From: Lama glama
Taxonomy: Eukaryota
Assembly (NCBI GenBank): GCA_028534125.1
Contig: CM052816.1
Span: 36,768,001-36,832,000 of the forward strand
DNA: 64,000 nucleotides
Direction: 5' to 3'
A model generated the notes under the pieces. The model was given only the letters and a program-made list of their open reading frames with translations, searched no databases and was not told the origin of the DNA. Within the stretch, counting starts at the first letter, position 1, and the number at the start of each line of letters is the position of its first letter. Position numbers and translations under genes: made by a program. Positions 1 through 13,254 of the stretch are shown piece by piece.

Positions 1-399
1 CCATTATGCAACCATATTTATCTTTAATTGAAAAAGAAAGATAAATGTGTAACCTGGGAATATCAATAAAGAATGGCACAGCTATAGCTAAAGGGTGCAG
101 AGTATTCTATAGCAACTCAGAAGAAGGATATCCATCTCCATGATCTGAGAATTTTTTAACTTTTAAAGTTAGGAAAACTTAAAATAAGTAACAAAATAAT
201 ACAGAAAGACAGAAGGGAGTACTTGGACTTAAATTGTCCTAAGAGTCAAATTATCTTGAGACCTAATGAAAGGAATAACATTAATAACACATTTTATTTT
301 TTATGTATTAGAATGTAATATCATAATCTACACAGTAATCTCTTGGGAATCCATAAAAAGAGCAATATAATAGCAAAATATAGTCACTTCAAACTTATG

Positions 400-990
400 G
401 ATACCAAATGGCCAATAAACATCTAAAGATCTGTTTAACTTCAGTTGTCACCAAGGAAATGTAAAAATATTCCTAGATACATACCCCAAGGAAATATAAT
501 CTTCTGTGTGTGTGTGTCTGTGTGTTTCACCAAGAAGACGCTTCTCGTAAGGATAGCAAAACTCTTCCAAAAGCCTAAACTGGAAACATCCAAATATTCT
601 TCTTCATTGGAGTGAATAAGTTCACTATGGTATACAATAAAATTGTATACAAAAATGAGAGTGAACAGTTCACAACCACATAAGTCTCACAAATATAATG
701 ATGGATGAAAGAAGTTAGAAACAATGTATACTACAGTTTCATTTATATACAGCTCAAATAAAGTAATAATTATTCTATGGTGTTAGAAGCCATGATAATA
801 GTTTTTCGGTGAGTGGAAACAGTGATGAAAAGGGGTTTGCACATGGACTCTTGAGTAAGGTTAAGGCTGTTTCTTGATCTGTGTGCTAGTTACACAACTC
901 TGTTCAATTAGTAAAAAGCCATTAAGCTGTGTACTTATGAAATGGTATTTATATGCATGTGTTTTGTGAATATTTCATTTCAATTAAACA
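400..990 (+). mobile_element. Ancient L1 (L1ME-like) ORF2 end and 3' UTR fragment
   Basis: Degenerate L1 3' motifs: 'caaatggccaataaacat', 'aaactggaaacatccaaat', 'tttcttgatctgtgtgctagttacac', 'attaagctgtgtactta'. Confidence 0.7.
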
Positions 991-1133
991 TTTCCATAAA
1001 ATTAAATTTCATAGGTAGATTTAGATATAGTGGAATATATTCCCCATGGCAAAACATGAAGTGATATTTAAAAGGCCATTGTCTGTATTTAGTAATACTA
1101 TCAATAGGAGATAGTCAATTATCTATACCAGTT

Positions 1134-1238
1134 TTATATATATATTATATATATTATGTGTGTGTATATATTATATATATACACACACATATATATACAT
1201 GTGTACACATATATACATATATATCATTATATATATGT
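1134..1238. repeat. Compound (TA)n/(CA)n/(TG)n microsatellite
   Basis: Alternating dinucleotide runs visible directly. Confidence 0.9.
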
Positions 1239-2232
1239 ATCTTCAGTCCTGTATTTATATGATAGGATTTAAGTATTTATATACTAGCATTATTATTATG
1301 GGTTGAAAAATAAAATAAATCTCATAAAGAAATATAATCATTGGTGCTAAAACTTTTTAAAATTATGGAGCTGTGTATATATTTTTAAATGCTTCCTTTC
1401 GAAAATTATATTCATCTAATTGATTGTGAGAGAAGAAAACACATTTTTAGCCTTAAATGTTTAAAGCAAATAACACATTGTTCCTTCAATTAGCAGTGAT
1501 AAAATTAAAGAAATGTTCCATCTAATCTTCAGGACAATGAGTCTCATAAAAAAGTCATTTTTCTCTAATAACATTTACATAATTTATTTAGAATAAAAAC
1601 TCAAATGGCTTTCTTTTGAAAAACTGCACTTTGATTCCTAATGTTTTAAGTTGATCCTTAAGCACTAAAAATGAGGGTGGAAAAAAAGTTACATTTAATA
1701 TATATTCATTTGCTACATAGGAATAAGACTTTGTAGGTAAAACAATAAAACAAATGAGTAATAACAATGCATCTGGAATTAGGCATAGTATCTAAATACT
1801 TTACATGTATGTAGTATACTTTAATTCAACACTATTTTGAAAATCAGTGAAGTTTTAGTTTTCAAAAAATATTTTACTGTCAATAGAAATTATATGACAG
1901 TTATTGGGAATTAGGTGTATGAATTTGAAAAGCTCCATTCTTTTGCCTGAGACTTAAAAGCCACAGATACTGGTTAAAGGAAAGAATCATACCATAATTT
2001 TATAAGCTCTCTGCTTTTCCCTTCTCTTGCTCTCTATGAGCTATATTAGCCAAAAGGAAACTGTAGACCATCTTTTTGGTAGTATTACCAGCTAGAAATA
2101 TGAAAGAAATAAATGATACATAATTTTATCATCATATATTATAATTATTGTGTAAAAATAAATAATTAGCAATTAATATCATATATGAAGCAGTTGTTCC
2201 AAGGATAGGGGGAACATATTGATAACCGTGGC

Positions 2233-2741
2233 TATGGTAGGCAGAATAATGGCCCTCCAAATATGAACTTGTGAATATGTTACAATACGTGGAAAGGGAA
2301 GGTAACCTTATGCATGGAATTAAATTGCTAAATTGCCAGATAGAGTGATTATCCTGAACTATCTTGGTGGGTAGAATGTAATGGCAAGAGTCCTTAAAAC
2401 TGCTGGAGAGAGATAGAAGAAGAGGATAGGAGAAAGAGATGTGAGATCAGAAGAAATGTCAATGATGTGAGAAGGACTTGACCAACAGTTGTCTTTGAAG
2501 ATGGAGAAAGAGGTCCAGGAGCCAAGGAATGTGAGTAGCCTCTGGCAGCTGGGAAAGTCCAGAAGAGCAGTTCTCCTCTAGACACCCCAGAAGGGAACAC
2601 AGCCCTGCCAACACCTTGACTGTAGCCCAGTGAGAACTGTGTTGAACTTCTAACCTACAGACATATAAGATAATACATGTGTGATATTTTAAGCTACTAA
2701 TTTTGTGGTAATTTTTCTATCAGCAATAAAAAACTAATACC
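2233..2741 (+). mobile_element. MaLR solo LTR, MLT1D-like
   Basis: Starts 'tatggtaggcagaataatggccc', contains 'aacacagccctgccaacaccttga', ends 'tttgtggtaatttttctatcagcaataaaaaactaatac'; typical MLT1 layout. Confidence 0.85.
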
Positions 2742-4629
2742 TTCTCGTAAGCTGTATTTTCCAAGCAGAAGATCAAGGATGCTGTGACAGTCAGCTCCTC
2801 AGACGACATGGGCATGGACTAGGCACCAAAGCGAGTGTTCAGCAGATTGTACAAAAGCTGTGTAAGGAATCTCAGACTTATTCCAGTTTATAAAATATAA
2901 AACATGCTTCCACCAGAACACTGCTGTTGGAAAGCAAAAGAATATGCTTCACTGTGCACGGTGGGGGAACTGGCAGAACAAAGATTGGTTCCAACCAGAG
3001 CTCCTAATGCTGTCACTGAGGCCTGAAAAGCACCTGCTTACACATCATCTGCTTTAGTACCTCTGTCTCTGGTTACTGGGCAATGTTTCAAACAGTACAT
3101 TCTGTGCCAATCCAAAGCAGTTCTATCCACATTCCCTGCAGATCAAGCTCTAAGAGCGGAAGGTCGTTGTGAACTAGCAATAACTTAGAGGTATTTTAAT
3201 GAGAAATCCAAGGAAGAAGATTGAGGTATGGAATATAGTTTGAGATGTAATTAATTCCTGCTCTTGCAAAGGTAAATGAAGACTCAAGTAAAGGAAAAAG
3301 ATAATTCTCCTTTTGCTGATGCCTATAATTGTGTTCTCTCAGGATACAAATAAACAGAGAAAAAGAGTCTATCAGAGTCAAATATGTTGGAAAACTGCTT
3401 AAGTTCACTCCTGCCAAAGTTGGCATCAGATTGAGCTGTCTCTGCTACTCAGTTGCCAACAGCTGAAATGTAAACCACAGAGAGAGTAACTTCACATGGA
3501 GATACTGAATCTGTAAAAATTGTTCATTCATGAATTGGCAAGAAGTAGCTGGAGGAGACAGAGTATATAGAATGAAATTCCAAGGTAGGAGTAAATAATT
3601 ACTGAACCACAATTTTACTACAGAAGTATACATTTGTTCCCAAATTCCACATATGAAATACAAAAAAGAAGAAAGAGATTAGGTTCATTCACATGCAGTG
3701 TATGAATTACTTTCAAACAAGGAGTAGTAATTTTGCTACTAGAAGCCAGAGTATGACATGTCACTGGATTAATTGGGTCCTTACAAAATATATCACACTG
3801 TGTAGCCTGCCTTAACAATTTTTTTTTTTCCTTCTCTATTACAGTCAAACTAGCAATGAAGGGGTTGACTGACATTTTGGGTAAAATATCAGAATGGAGT
3901 CTCTGTGAATCTGAATTTTTCTAGGTTCAAAACACTAGGGAAGTGAAAGTGACATTTATGTATTTTATAACTTATTTTCACTGTCTCTGATTATTTCAGA
4001 TTGAATGGAGTTATAGAAATAGGGGACCTTCTGACATCTCATGACTGATGAACTATAGCTCTGATTTTTATGATGACTGATTTTATTTTTCAATTGTTTT
4101 GATTTCTGAAAATTTAAACACCCACTTAGCATGAGATTGATAATGGTTATTTGTCATGTAGAAAATCTGACTTAGATTTATGGAATTGCTTGACATATTT
4201 CAGACCTGCTTGTACGTGTGAATCCCTATTATTTTGTTCATATATGAATCTGAAATAAAACAAGAATATCTGCTATTAGATTAGCATGAGAAGGGCAAGT
4301 TCTTATTATTGGCACCACCAGTTTTGGTGACAGAAAAATACTATAGGTTATTACTTTACTCCCAGAAGAATGAAGATATATATATATTCCTGCTTCAAAA
4401 TTAAGCCCTTCTATGAATATCACATTAATTCAAAAATGACTGCTCTGAGGTGCTGAACCACTATCAGATGCTCAAACAAGGTTTTAAGTAATCATTGTAT
4501 GTAATAAAAAGAAGGAAGAGTTTATTTTTGGAGCCAGCTGCCAGCAGGCATTTATTATCTGTGATACTTAAATATGTCAGTGTTAGTTCATCAAACCTAA
4601 AAGATTTTTCACTTTCACTTGAAATAAAC

Positions 4630-5100
4630 ATAGAAATTTTGAGTTGGAGCTGACCTAAGACATAACCTGTGTAACCACCCACCCAAACTAGAAAAATTAT
4701 CAATGTCAGTATCTCTGACAAGTGGTCATCCACTATATGTTTCAAATACTACAAGTGACAAGAAACTCAGTGCTCTTTTAGTCAGGTCATTTTATTGTTG
4801 AATAGATCAATTTTCTAAAAATATTCTCTTGTATGGTGAGTAATCTGCATCTTCTAATACGTATCTATTGATTCTTTATCTGGCCTATGTAGCTCCAAGA
4901 CAAACTGTTGTAGCTGCAACCATCTTCCACTCTCACCTTTGTCTGAACTTCTATTAACTTTAATCCTATTTTTGCCCTTTAGACATGTTCTCCAGGGCCA
5001 TTGTCTATGTTGTTCATCATGTTTTGAATACATGCTGATTTTTCAACATACTCTTAAAACTTTGGTTTGAGAGCATTATTGGGTTTTTCCAGTCTAGACG
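4630..5100 (-). mobile_element. CR1/L3 LINE 3' fragment
   Basis: 'tttcaaatactacaagtgacaagaaactcagtgct...aatctgcatcttctaatac' resembles the reverse of the L3 3' end. Confidence 0.55.
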
Positions 5101-5299
5101 TCAGGGTTAGATATTGGCTTTTGTAAACTATTAGTCTTTTGTGTACTATTATTCCATTGAAGACCATGTTTTGTATTATTATTTAAAAAGTCTTATTTCT
5201 GTGGGCCTCAAAATAGACTTTGATTTTATTTCATTTGATTACTTCTGAATTATTATTTAACAAAATTGTCCTCTGATTCCTGAATCCTACCCACACCTG

Positions 5300-5300
<1 letters not shown>

Positions 5301-5332
<32 letters not shown>
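5301..5332. repeat. (CA)16 microsatellite
   Basis: Perfect CA run. Confidence 0.95.
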
Positions 5333-5333
<1 letters not shown>

Positions 5334-5744
5334 TGTTTGCAATTGATTTTTTAAACATGAATGCAACATTTCATATTTTCCTAATGTCAGGGAATATTAT
5401 TGCATTTATTTAAAACTGCCTTATGCAATGTGGTCATAGTTATTCCTTTCATGTAGTGTAATCTTTTCAAGGCCAGTTCTGGGTTTTCAGCCAAGTCATC
5501 TATTAAAAAAAAAACTACCAAAATAAGGCCAAAGACTGGTTTTGTGGCATATTTTGAGAAATCTCTTTCCATTAATCATCATTCTTAATGTAGTGTTTCT
5601 TTGACATGATATGCAAGTCCTTTTGATACTTGAATAAAAATTTCCTGAAATAATACATAATACCATTAACATTTCTAGGTATTTTCTCACACATGTTCTG
5701 ACTTAAGCATGTTCACACATGTTCAATTTCTTTAAATACATGGG

Positions 5745-5940
5745 AGAAAAGTACATGTGAAGACACAGTGAGAAGGCTCCCTTGCAAGCAAAAGGTATAG
5801 ATCTCACGAGTAACCAACCTTGCTGACTGACACCTTGGTGGTGGACTTCTAGACTCCAGAATTGTGAGAAAATAAATTTCTGTTGTTTGAGTAACCTAGT
5901 AGGTGGTGTTATGTTATGGCAAACTGAGAAGACTAATAAA
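5745..5940 (+). mobile_element. MaLR LTR 3' half (MLT1A/B-like)
   Basis: 'catgtgaagacacagtgagaagg', 'ggacttctagactccagaattgtgagaaaataaatttctgttgttt', ending 'gactaata'. Confidence 0.85.
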
Positions 5941-7029
5941 GTAAGTAAGTATTTTAGTATCAAATTATTGGGAGAAGTCACTTAAACAATATACAATTTT
6001 CCTTTTTCTTTATTATTAGTGTATTTTCATTGTACTAATCACTTTTTAAAAATTGGTATTCAACAATTAATTAATCAATGTGTGCACATCTTGATTTCTC
6101 TCTTCCCTTATATAATGACTTAAATTGATAGGTGGACTTGCTTGTTTTCAGGTTCAGATAAAGCTGAGGGTTATGTTTGGAATCATAAAGACCCGAATAA
6201 ACTGAGGGATGGCATAAATTGGTAACAAAGCTTGGTGATGCTCTGAAACACTGAACACTTCTTCAAAGTGCCTGCAACTATTTTCTCTTTAATATTTCCT
6301 ATTGCTACAAAGCTTGAGAATTTGACTCTGTCAGAGATTTAATCAGAGAGGAAAATATTGAGAAGTCAGAAATATTAAAAAAAATTAAATTAAAGTATAA
6401 TATTCAAGAAAAAAAACTATAAAATTTATCTTACTTTAAGATCCAGAATATTGAATAATTAGGACATTCTCAGTCTTGAGGGCCAAATTAGGTTTCAAAA
6501 TAAAATATATTAATATTAATATTAGGGCAGAATATGGTAAACAAAAAGGGGGGGGGCTCCTTCATAAGGAAATAGAGCTTTAAATAAAACATGGAGGAAA
6601 TTAAAGTGACAAATTTTTTTTTCTTTTAATTATGTTGTGTAGACATAAATGATGAACATAAAGGGGAGATATGCAACATGGCAATATGCATAGCTATAAC
6701 ACAGTAGCTCTTAGCGCCTAAGGGGATCTTCATCACCACATGTTACAGCAGATATAACTGGTGAGCAGCGCTGTCCCCACCCCACTGCCTCTCCTGCCTC
6801 TGCTGACTTAGTGCGCTGGGTTTGACTGTGGCACCCTCTGTGACAGCACAGCTCTCTACCACTCACGTCAAGTGAAACTGCCAGCCTTCATTCAAAGGAA
6901 GCTAATCATAACCATTTCATTAGGAAACCACTTATGATGTTTATACTTATGATGTAACATATATGTGAAGCTGAGAAATTCATAATAATAATATAAGCAT
7001 ATAAGAATTGGGAATGACATGCATATGCC

Positions 7030-7200
7030 CAAAGACTCTGAAAAGAATTTTACATGTATTATTGATTTAATCCTCACAATAATCCTGTAAGACAGGGACT
7101 AGGTTTTTCTCCAGTTTTCAAATAGAAACACTAAGGAAGAAAATGGTTTAATTACTAGGCAAGCCTCACATTTAGGTCTACCGTAAGTCCTGGAGCTTAA
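7030..7200 (-). mobile_element. MIR SINE
   Basis: MIR core in reverse: 'tttacatgtattattgatttaatcctcacaataatcctgtaag...ccagttttcaaatagaaacactaagg'. Confidence 0.75.
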
Positions 7201-8719
7201 CTATCACTCTAGACTGATTTGATAGGGGACAAATGTTAAATGTTTAATTAAAATTAGCCAGGCATTCTGTAGAAATTGTCTGTTTCTATAGTCCAGCAAA
7301 CCCCAGCTTCTAGTAGCTTGGGTTAATGAGTGGGCTATATGTGAGTAACTCCACAGGTAGAATGTGATATGAGGATAAATACTAAAAGGAGTAATGATCA
7401 TGATGAGACATACAGAGACTGGGAAGAAGTAACCTGAGTTTATGAATTCAGCCAGTTGTGTCAGTATATGGCATATGCTGAGGTTTACAGTATGGCTTTG
7501 GTTTCTCTGTGACACTTATAAATGTTCTAGTTCAAGTGTCCCCTTTAGAAATACATACCGAGGACCCAAATACAAAGCATGTACTACAAAGAAAACAAAA
7601 TAAAACAAAATAGAACCCTGGATACCAAAGGAAGTTTGCTGAGGGTATTATTACTATTTTTTTTTTCATTATTTATGTCAGGTTTCTTTTTTGTGGCTGT
7701 TTGTTTGTTTTAAAGATAAAGCATTGTAATGTGGAAAAAAGTGAGCATATGTTTAATTTAAACTTTTCTAATCTATGTATGTATGATTTAGTAAAAAAAT
7801 AATTTCACCTCTGCCTATTTTCTTCTACAGAAAATAATTACAAAACTAATCAAGCAAACGTTTGTAAGGGAATTGGAAAGAAGTAAACTGTATAAATTCA
7901 TTATACCCCAAACTAACATTATACAGTAGTGTTACACTGGGCAAGATATGTGTAAAAACAATTATAATAAAAGAGTCAGAACCTAAGTCTAGACAATAGA
8001 TGAAGTAGTAAATACTTACATGTTTGTATCTCAATTTTGGCTTCCTGTGGCATAAAATACCTGAGTAAAGGACAGTGACTTACCTCCCCAGACTTCAAAT
8101 ATCTGAGAAAACACTATTTAAAAGTAAGAGTGAGAAATTGCTACCCGAATGCTGAGCACCACGAGAGGATGCTTGTTGCCTGTCCCATCGATGACAACAG
8201 GTCTCTGGCAGGAGAGAAGAGTGGATTATGAAGCCTAGGAATCCTACTCTTCACGTGTGAGCTTAGGCTACTGTTGGCCTTCCTACTGCCTCAAGCTGTA
8301 ATTATTTTTCTAGCCCTCTATTGTTTTTCATTTTTTTCCTCCCTCATTTTATTCTTTTCTCTCCTTTTCCTCATCACTATTATTTTAGCCCCTGCTAGGG
8401 ACTTTCCCAAGTCTTACAAATATGTAAATGATTTAGAATCCTAATGGACTCTGATTCTGGTGGAAATGAAAGAACAGGTAATAGGAAGAAGATCACTCAT
8501 TTATGGAGAGTCTATCTTATGTGCCTCATTTTGTTTCATCATCGCAACAATGAGATTGTTTCTAACATATGCAGAAACTGGGACTCACACTTCTTAGAAA
8601 GTTGTCAAAGGATTGGAGATAAGTACGCAAATAATCTTTGAACTCAGAAGAGAAATACATCAGCAACTTTAATAGCCTGCAGATGCTATTAATGTGGTGT
8701 AGAAGAAAGACCCTCAGTG

Positions 8720-9200
8720 AATTTTAGGTATGTTCTTTGGGGATAGGGAAGAACTGAATGGTCACAAAAGGCTTGGTGTAGAAGAAGATGGAAATTTAGA
8801 TTTACAGAGCAGTGGATAGTAAAGAACAGTAGATGGTGATCAGGGTGCAGTAAGCTGTATTTGCAAAGGCCCAGCACTAGGGGAAATGGGGGACATTTTT
8901 GAACCATAATTTATGAAGTATAACTGTATCACAGTATACTTAGTAGGAATGGTAGTCAGTGTTTGAAAAGAATTCAGCAACAAGATGAAGAAAGATCTAG
9001 TAAGATGTGGTACTAAATTTAAACTTTATCCTGAAGGCAGTGGTAATCCATATAGAGATTTTTAGCAGAGTAATTTCACAATCAGATTGCACTTCTAAAT
9101 TTACTTAGAAATAATGAGGAATGGAGAAAATTAGTATAGGAGAGAAATGATGATGATAAGTGGTAGAATGAATGGTGGCAGCATTTTGAGATATTCTGAA
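8720..9200 (-). mobile_element. L2 LINE fragment
   Basis: 'tttgcaaaggcccag', 'actttatcctgaaggcagtggtaatcca...tttagcagagtaatttcacaatcagatt' match reverse-oriented L2. Confidence 0.6.
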
Positions 9201-9290
9201 GTAACTAATTTTGTGCTCAGTAATTTTGTGCCCTTTTACAGTAATAAAAAAATGATACTTATAAAAATATGCTCGGTGATTGATCTCTAC

Positions 9291-9325
9291 ATACACACAC
9301 ACACACACACATACACACACACACA
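9291..9325. repeat. Interrupted (CA)n microsatellite
   Basis: CA run visible directly. Confidence 0.9.
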
Positions 9326-10759
9326 TATGGCCTCTGTATATATATTAATGAGTAAGGAGGAATAGTTGGCATTTGTGTATTATAGCAGCATATTGTTTTA
9401 TAATAACATACATTTTCTAATGTTCTGTTAGTAATGCAAATCATGTTAATGCTTCACCTGAATGTATTGATGATTGCATGTTCACCACTCTTCCACTTAC
9501 ATTCCTCAAACTTCCCATATGAATTGTGGTCTTCATGCTTTGCAGGAAAAAACTCTATGAAGTAGATTTCAATGACATTAATTGTATTTTCTTTACCTAG
9601 TAACTCTCAGTTTACTTTTTAAAGGTTAATTGTACTTAATTAAAGCAAGTCTAAAGTAAAAATAGATATAGTTCATTTACTAGGATATGTTTTTGCTGTC
9701 ATTTAAGAGAAGAAGTTATATGAAAATCATTCTAACATCCTTAAAATATATACTACAACCAAACATCACTCCCTATTTCTGTTTTAGTTGCATGGAAGTT
9801 CTCAGTTATTAAATGAAATTGCTAAGTACATTAATACAGATTTTATCAGTGGTTGCATGAAGTTTTTCAGCCCCTGAAAGGGATTCTGGCTGAAGTCTGG
9901 TTGTTGTTATAACATCATATTAGTAATCTTTCTCACATTGCAAAGTGAAGTAGAGACTTACAGGCTCTTCTGTTTTAGAATATGTTTCATCCTACTCATT
10001 TACTTTCTTTTCTCCTTGGTATTAGTTTCCTAAATGCAAAATAACATTTTATTGCATTCTTATATTTTTGAATGTTATTTTCACTAATTTCCCCCATATT
10101 TTTTCTTCAACATCCTTTATATATAATTTTTAAGGCAAGAGTCTGTGCTTTTCTAAGCCTTTTATTCTTTGATCTGCCTTCTAAAATGTATTTTTCTCAT
10201 TTTGTTTCTCTGTGCTATAAACATGCTCAAAACAATGTATCTGTTCTTGTAGTATTTGAATCATTGTCTTTTTTGGTGATATGCACTTTAATTTTAAGTA
10301 CTTGTATTTTTTCAGTACTAATGCATCACTTGCCTTTTGCCACTTTGAAATACAGTGTACTAAAATTCCTCTCTATTCGATTCTTATCCATACTTCAGGC
10401 CAAGGTGTGTTCATAATACGGTACATTTCTCTTCCTTTAAAACAAATAGTCAAACCCATAAAATAGGCCTTATTCTTGTCTTCTAACACCAAGGTTATTG
10501 CAGTTTTCTAAGTTTCTGAAAAAAGTTAAGAAATACTGAGCCCAGATATAAAGGTCATGTAGCATAGTGTACATAGATGCTCAATAACTGTGTGTTTCTT
10601 GAGTTACACAGTGTAGAAAAGCAGGGGCTGTGAGGAATTGTGACCAAAATCTATAAAGCATGCAGTGTGGATAGGTAAAAATGCAGTTTTTCTTTTTCTC
10701 TTCTTCCAACGGATAAACTTAGTGAGACAGAAAAATAGCCATGTACCTTATCATGGTAA

Positions 10760-10875
10760 TCAATACACGTTTTTGTTGAAAATCCATTATGTGCAGAGCA
10801 CTGTTCCAGATCCTTGGGGATACAAAGAGTTATAAAACACAGATTCTGCTTTTAAGTATCTTTAACTTAGATGAA
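10760..10875 (-). mobile_element. L2 3' end
   Basis: 'attatgtgcagagcactgttccagatccttggggatacaaag' resembles the reverse L2 terminus. Confidence 0.65.
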
Positions 10876-11037
10876 GAGTTAATACTCATATGATATATAC
10901 AACATATTTTTTGGATCCAGAAAAGAATGAAGGAGAATATATCACTTCCTATAAAAACCGTATTGATTGAAAGTTAAATTTCCTGATGAGTTCACATGAT
11001 CCTTTCACTTTTCTTTGCTCTGTCCTGTTTCCTACTC

Positions 11038-11062
11038 TTTTTTTTTTTTTTTTTTTTTTTTT
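11038..11062. repeat. Poly(T)25 tract
   Basis: 25 consecutive T followed by AG. Confidence 0.95.
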
Positions 11063-12049
11063 AGGAAAGAACTTCAGGCTTAGCCATACCCAGACTGGGC
11101 TGTAACGTTTTAATGTAGGGAAAGGAAATTTCCTTAAACGCACACACACACAAACACACACACACCAAGTATAGCTACAACATATGTAAATAAACTTACA
11201 GTAACACTCTCTCTGATCAGCATGAGTAGTTCCATGCAGATAAATAAATTATAAACAATTCTATGAAACAATAAATAGCATTAAGACACTTCTATTTATA
11301 TGAGCATAGCATAAGTTTACATTGACTATCTTCACACAGATTTAGCAGAGTAATATGAAATGAATCATAAACAAAGTAAAACTAAAGTTATATATTCATA
11401 ATATATTCATAAAATATTTTAAAGAAGAGCTTAAAAATAAAACTATAAAATATATTAAGATGTTGGTAAATATTTAGAATACTGAACTTGAAAAATGTGT
11501 ATAATAATTTATGCTCTTCATATATGAAAGTAATTACAAATCAATAAAATGAATGAGCATGTTATAGTATGAAATCAAAGAATCAGAAGCTCAACTCTGT
11601 ATTAAGATCCAATTTTTATATTTTTTAATTCTCTCTAGCTGTCTAATCACCTGTATTCATCATTAGCTCTCTCTAGTCATCCATATATATACATGTCAAG
11701 ATATGGCTCTATAGTAATTTTTGAAGAAGTATAACTTGGTATAGTTAATGTTTTTCTATTTTTTTCCCGTGTTTTCTAAACTTTCTACAAAAACAATATT
11801 GGCATTATTATAACAACCAGAAAAAGAGTGGCGCATTTGTGCATAAATTTCCATAGCCTTCTAGAAAATTATTTGTGGCAAAGTATTTCAAGAGGCATAT
11901 TATGGAGTAATGGTCAGTGAGACCTTTATTTACCTTTGTAACCCCTTCCTAAGTAGTCAGTCAGAAACATAATCAAAAGTTATTCACACAAGTAAATTAA
12001 TGTCAGAATTACTTATAAGCATTCAGAAATGATCTAATTGTAAGCAGCT

Positions 12050-12392
12050 GAAAAATACTTAAAAATTGTTTGAAATAATCATGAAATATAATAATATGCA
12101 ACTAGTTAAATCATATTGGGAATTAGTATTTAATGACTTAGGAGCAAGTTTAGAACATACTATAAGCGTAACAAAATACAAACACTGTATACGATGTAAT
12201 ATACTGTATATAATAATTGACTCATACACAGATACACATTTAGACCCATTTATATATATGTTCATAGAATAGTACTAAAGGTAAATACCTTAATATAGGA
12301 GTTATTCCAGTAGGATTTTGATTTTATGATTTTTTTATATTTTAAAATATTCTGTAATGAAATCATATTGCTATTACAATCAGATAAAAAGT
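12050..12392 (+). mobile_element. Old L1 (L1ME/L1MC-like) 3' end
   Basis: Terminal motif 'tattctgtaatgaaatcatattgctattacaatcagataaaaa' is typical of ancient L1 3' termini. Confidence 0.55.
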
Positions 12393-13254
12393 TAAATGTT
12401 GCATAAACTGGGACTAGGTGTCAATTTTTTTTTATTAAGTTTTATGGTAATGGATCCAAAAACGTGGTGGGACATTTTACTCATTGGGCCTGACATATAA
12501 TTATGGAAGTAAGACAGGAAAAAAATGGAAAACGGAAAATGTAGTTAGTTCTCTGTGGGTGTGTGAATTTCTTAACTACTGGAAAATACACACTAAGCAG
12601 GCTTCTGTGGTTAGAAGATAGATTCATAATTTAGGAATGAGGAGGTTGGAAGCTACTCAGAAGTCATTTGACTTCCAGCAGGACTAGATGAGCACCGATA
12701 TTGTATTGTCTTGTGGCTGAAAAATAGCCTGGAGGAAGTTATCCTGATTAATTTCCATGTGCTGTGTTTATGATGTGGACTGCCGTAGAGTTTTTCTGTA
12801 AGTACTGTCATGAGTCTTAAGTGCCAGCAGGCACCCTGGCCCGATGCATGTTCCAAGACACCAGATTCACAGATTAGACACACAGGGAACATATCGACTT
12901 TTGATGAGCATCTCACTAATTATGCTATCTCAACCTTATGTAACTACCAAGGGGTTTAGGACAGAAAGAATATAAGCCCTGTTTGTTTCCCTAAATACCC
13001 AAAAGAACTTACGCTGCCATATTCTTAAAGAGTTTCCAGGTTTTTGTAGTACCATTTTGAGATTTAACAAAAGCAAATGGACAGGAAAAGACAGGAAGAG
13101 CAAGGATCAGTATATTTTTTCCACTTGTCCCAAGTAACAAACCAGATTAAATCTGGCTCTAATATGATTGTGTATTTAAGTGAGAAATAACCACCTAATT
13201 CAAACAGTCCTTGCCTAAAATCTAAAAAAAATATCTGAGATAAAATTGATTTTC

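Noticed and set aside
4438..4457. REST/RE1-like TTCAGCACC on the minus strand
   Set aside because: Only the left half-site matches; the GGACAG half is not properly present.
10072..10416. 114-aa Phe/Leu-rich ORF
   Set aside because: T-rich composition artefact with no family resemblance.
12679..12797. + strand AG...GTAAGT exon-like segment
   Set aside because: Stops occur in all three frames and there is no other support; a non-coding exon cannot be excluded.
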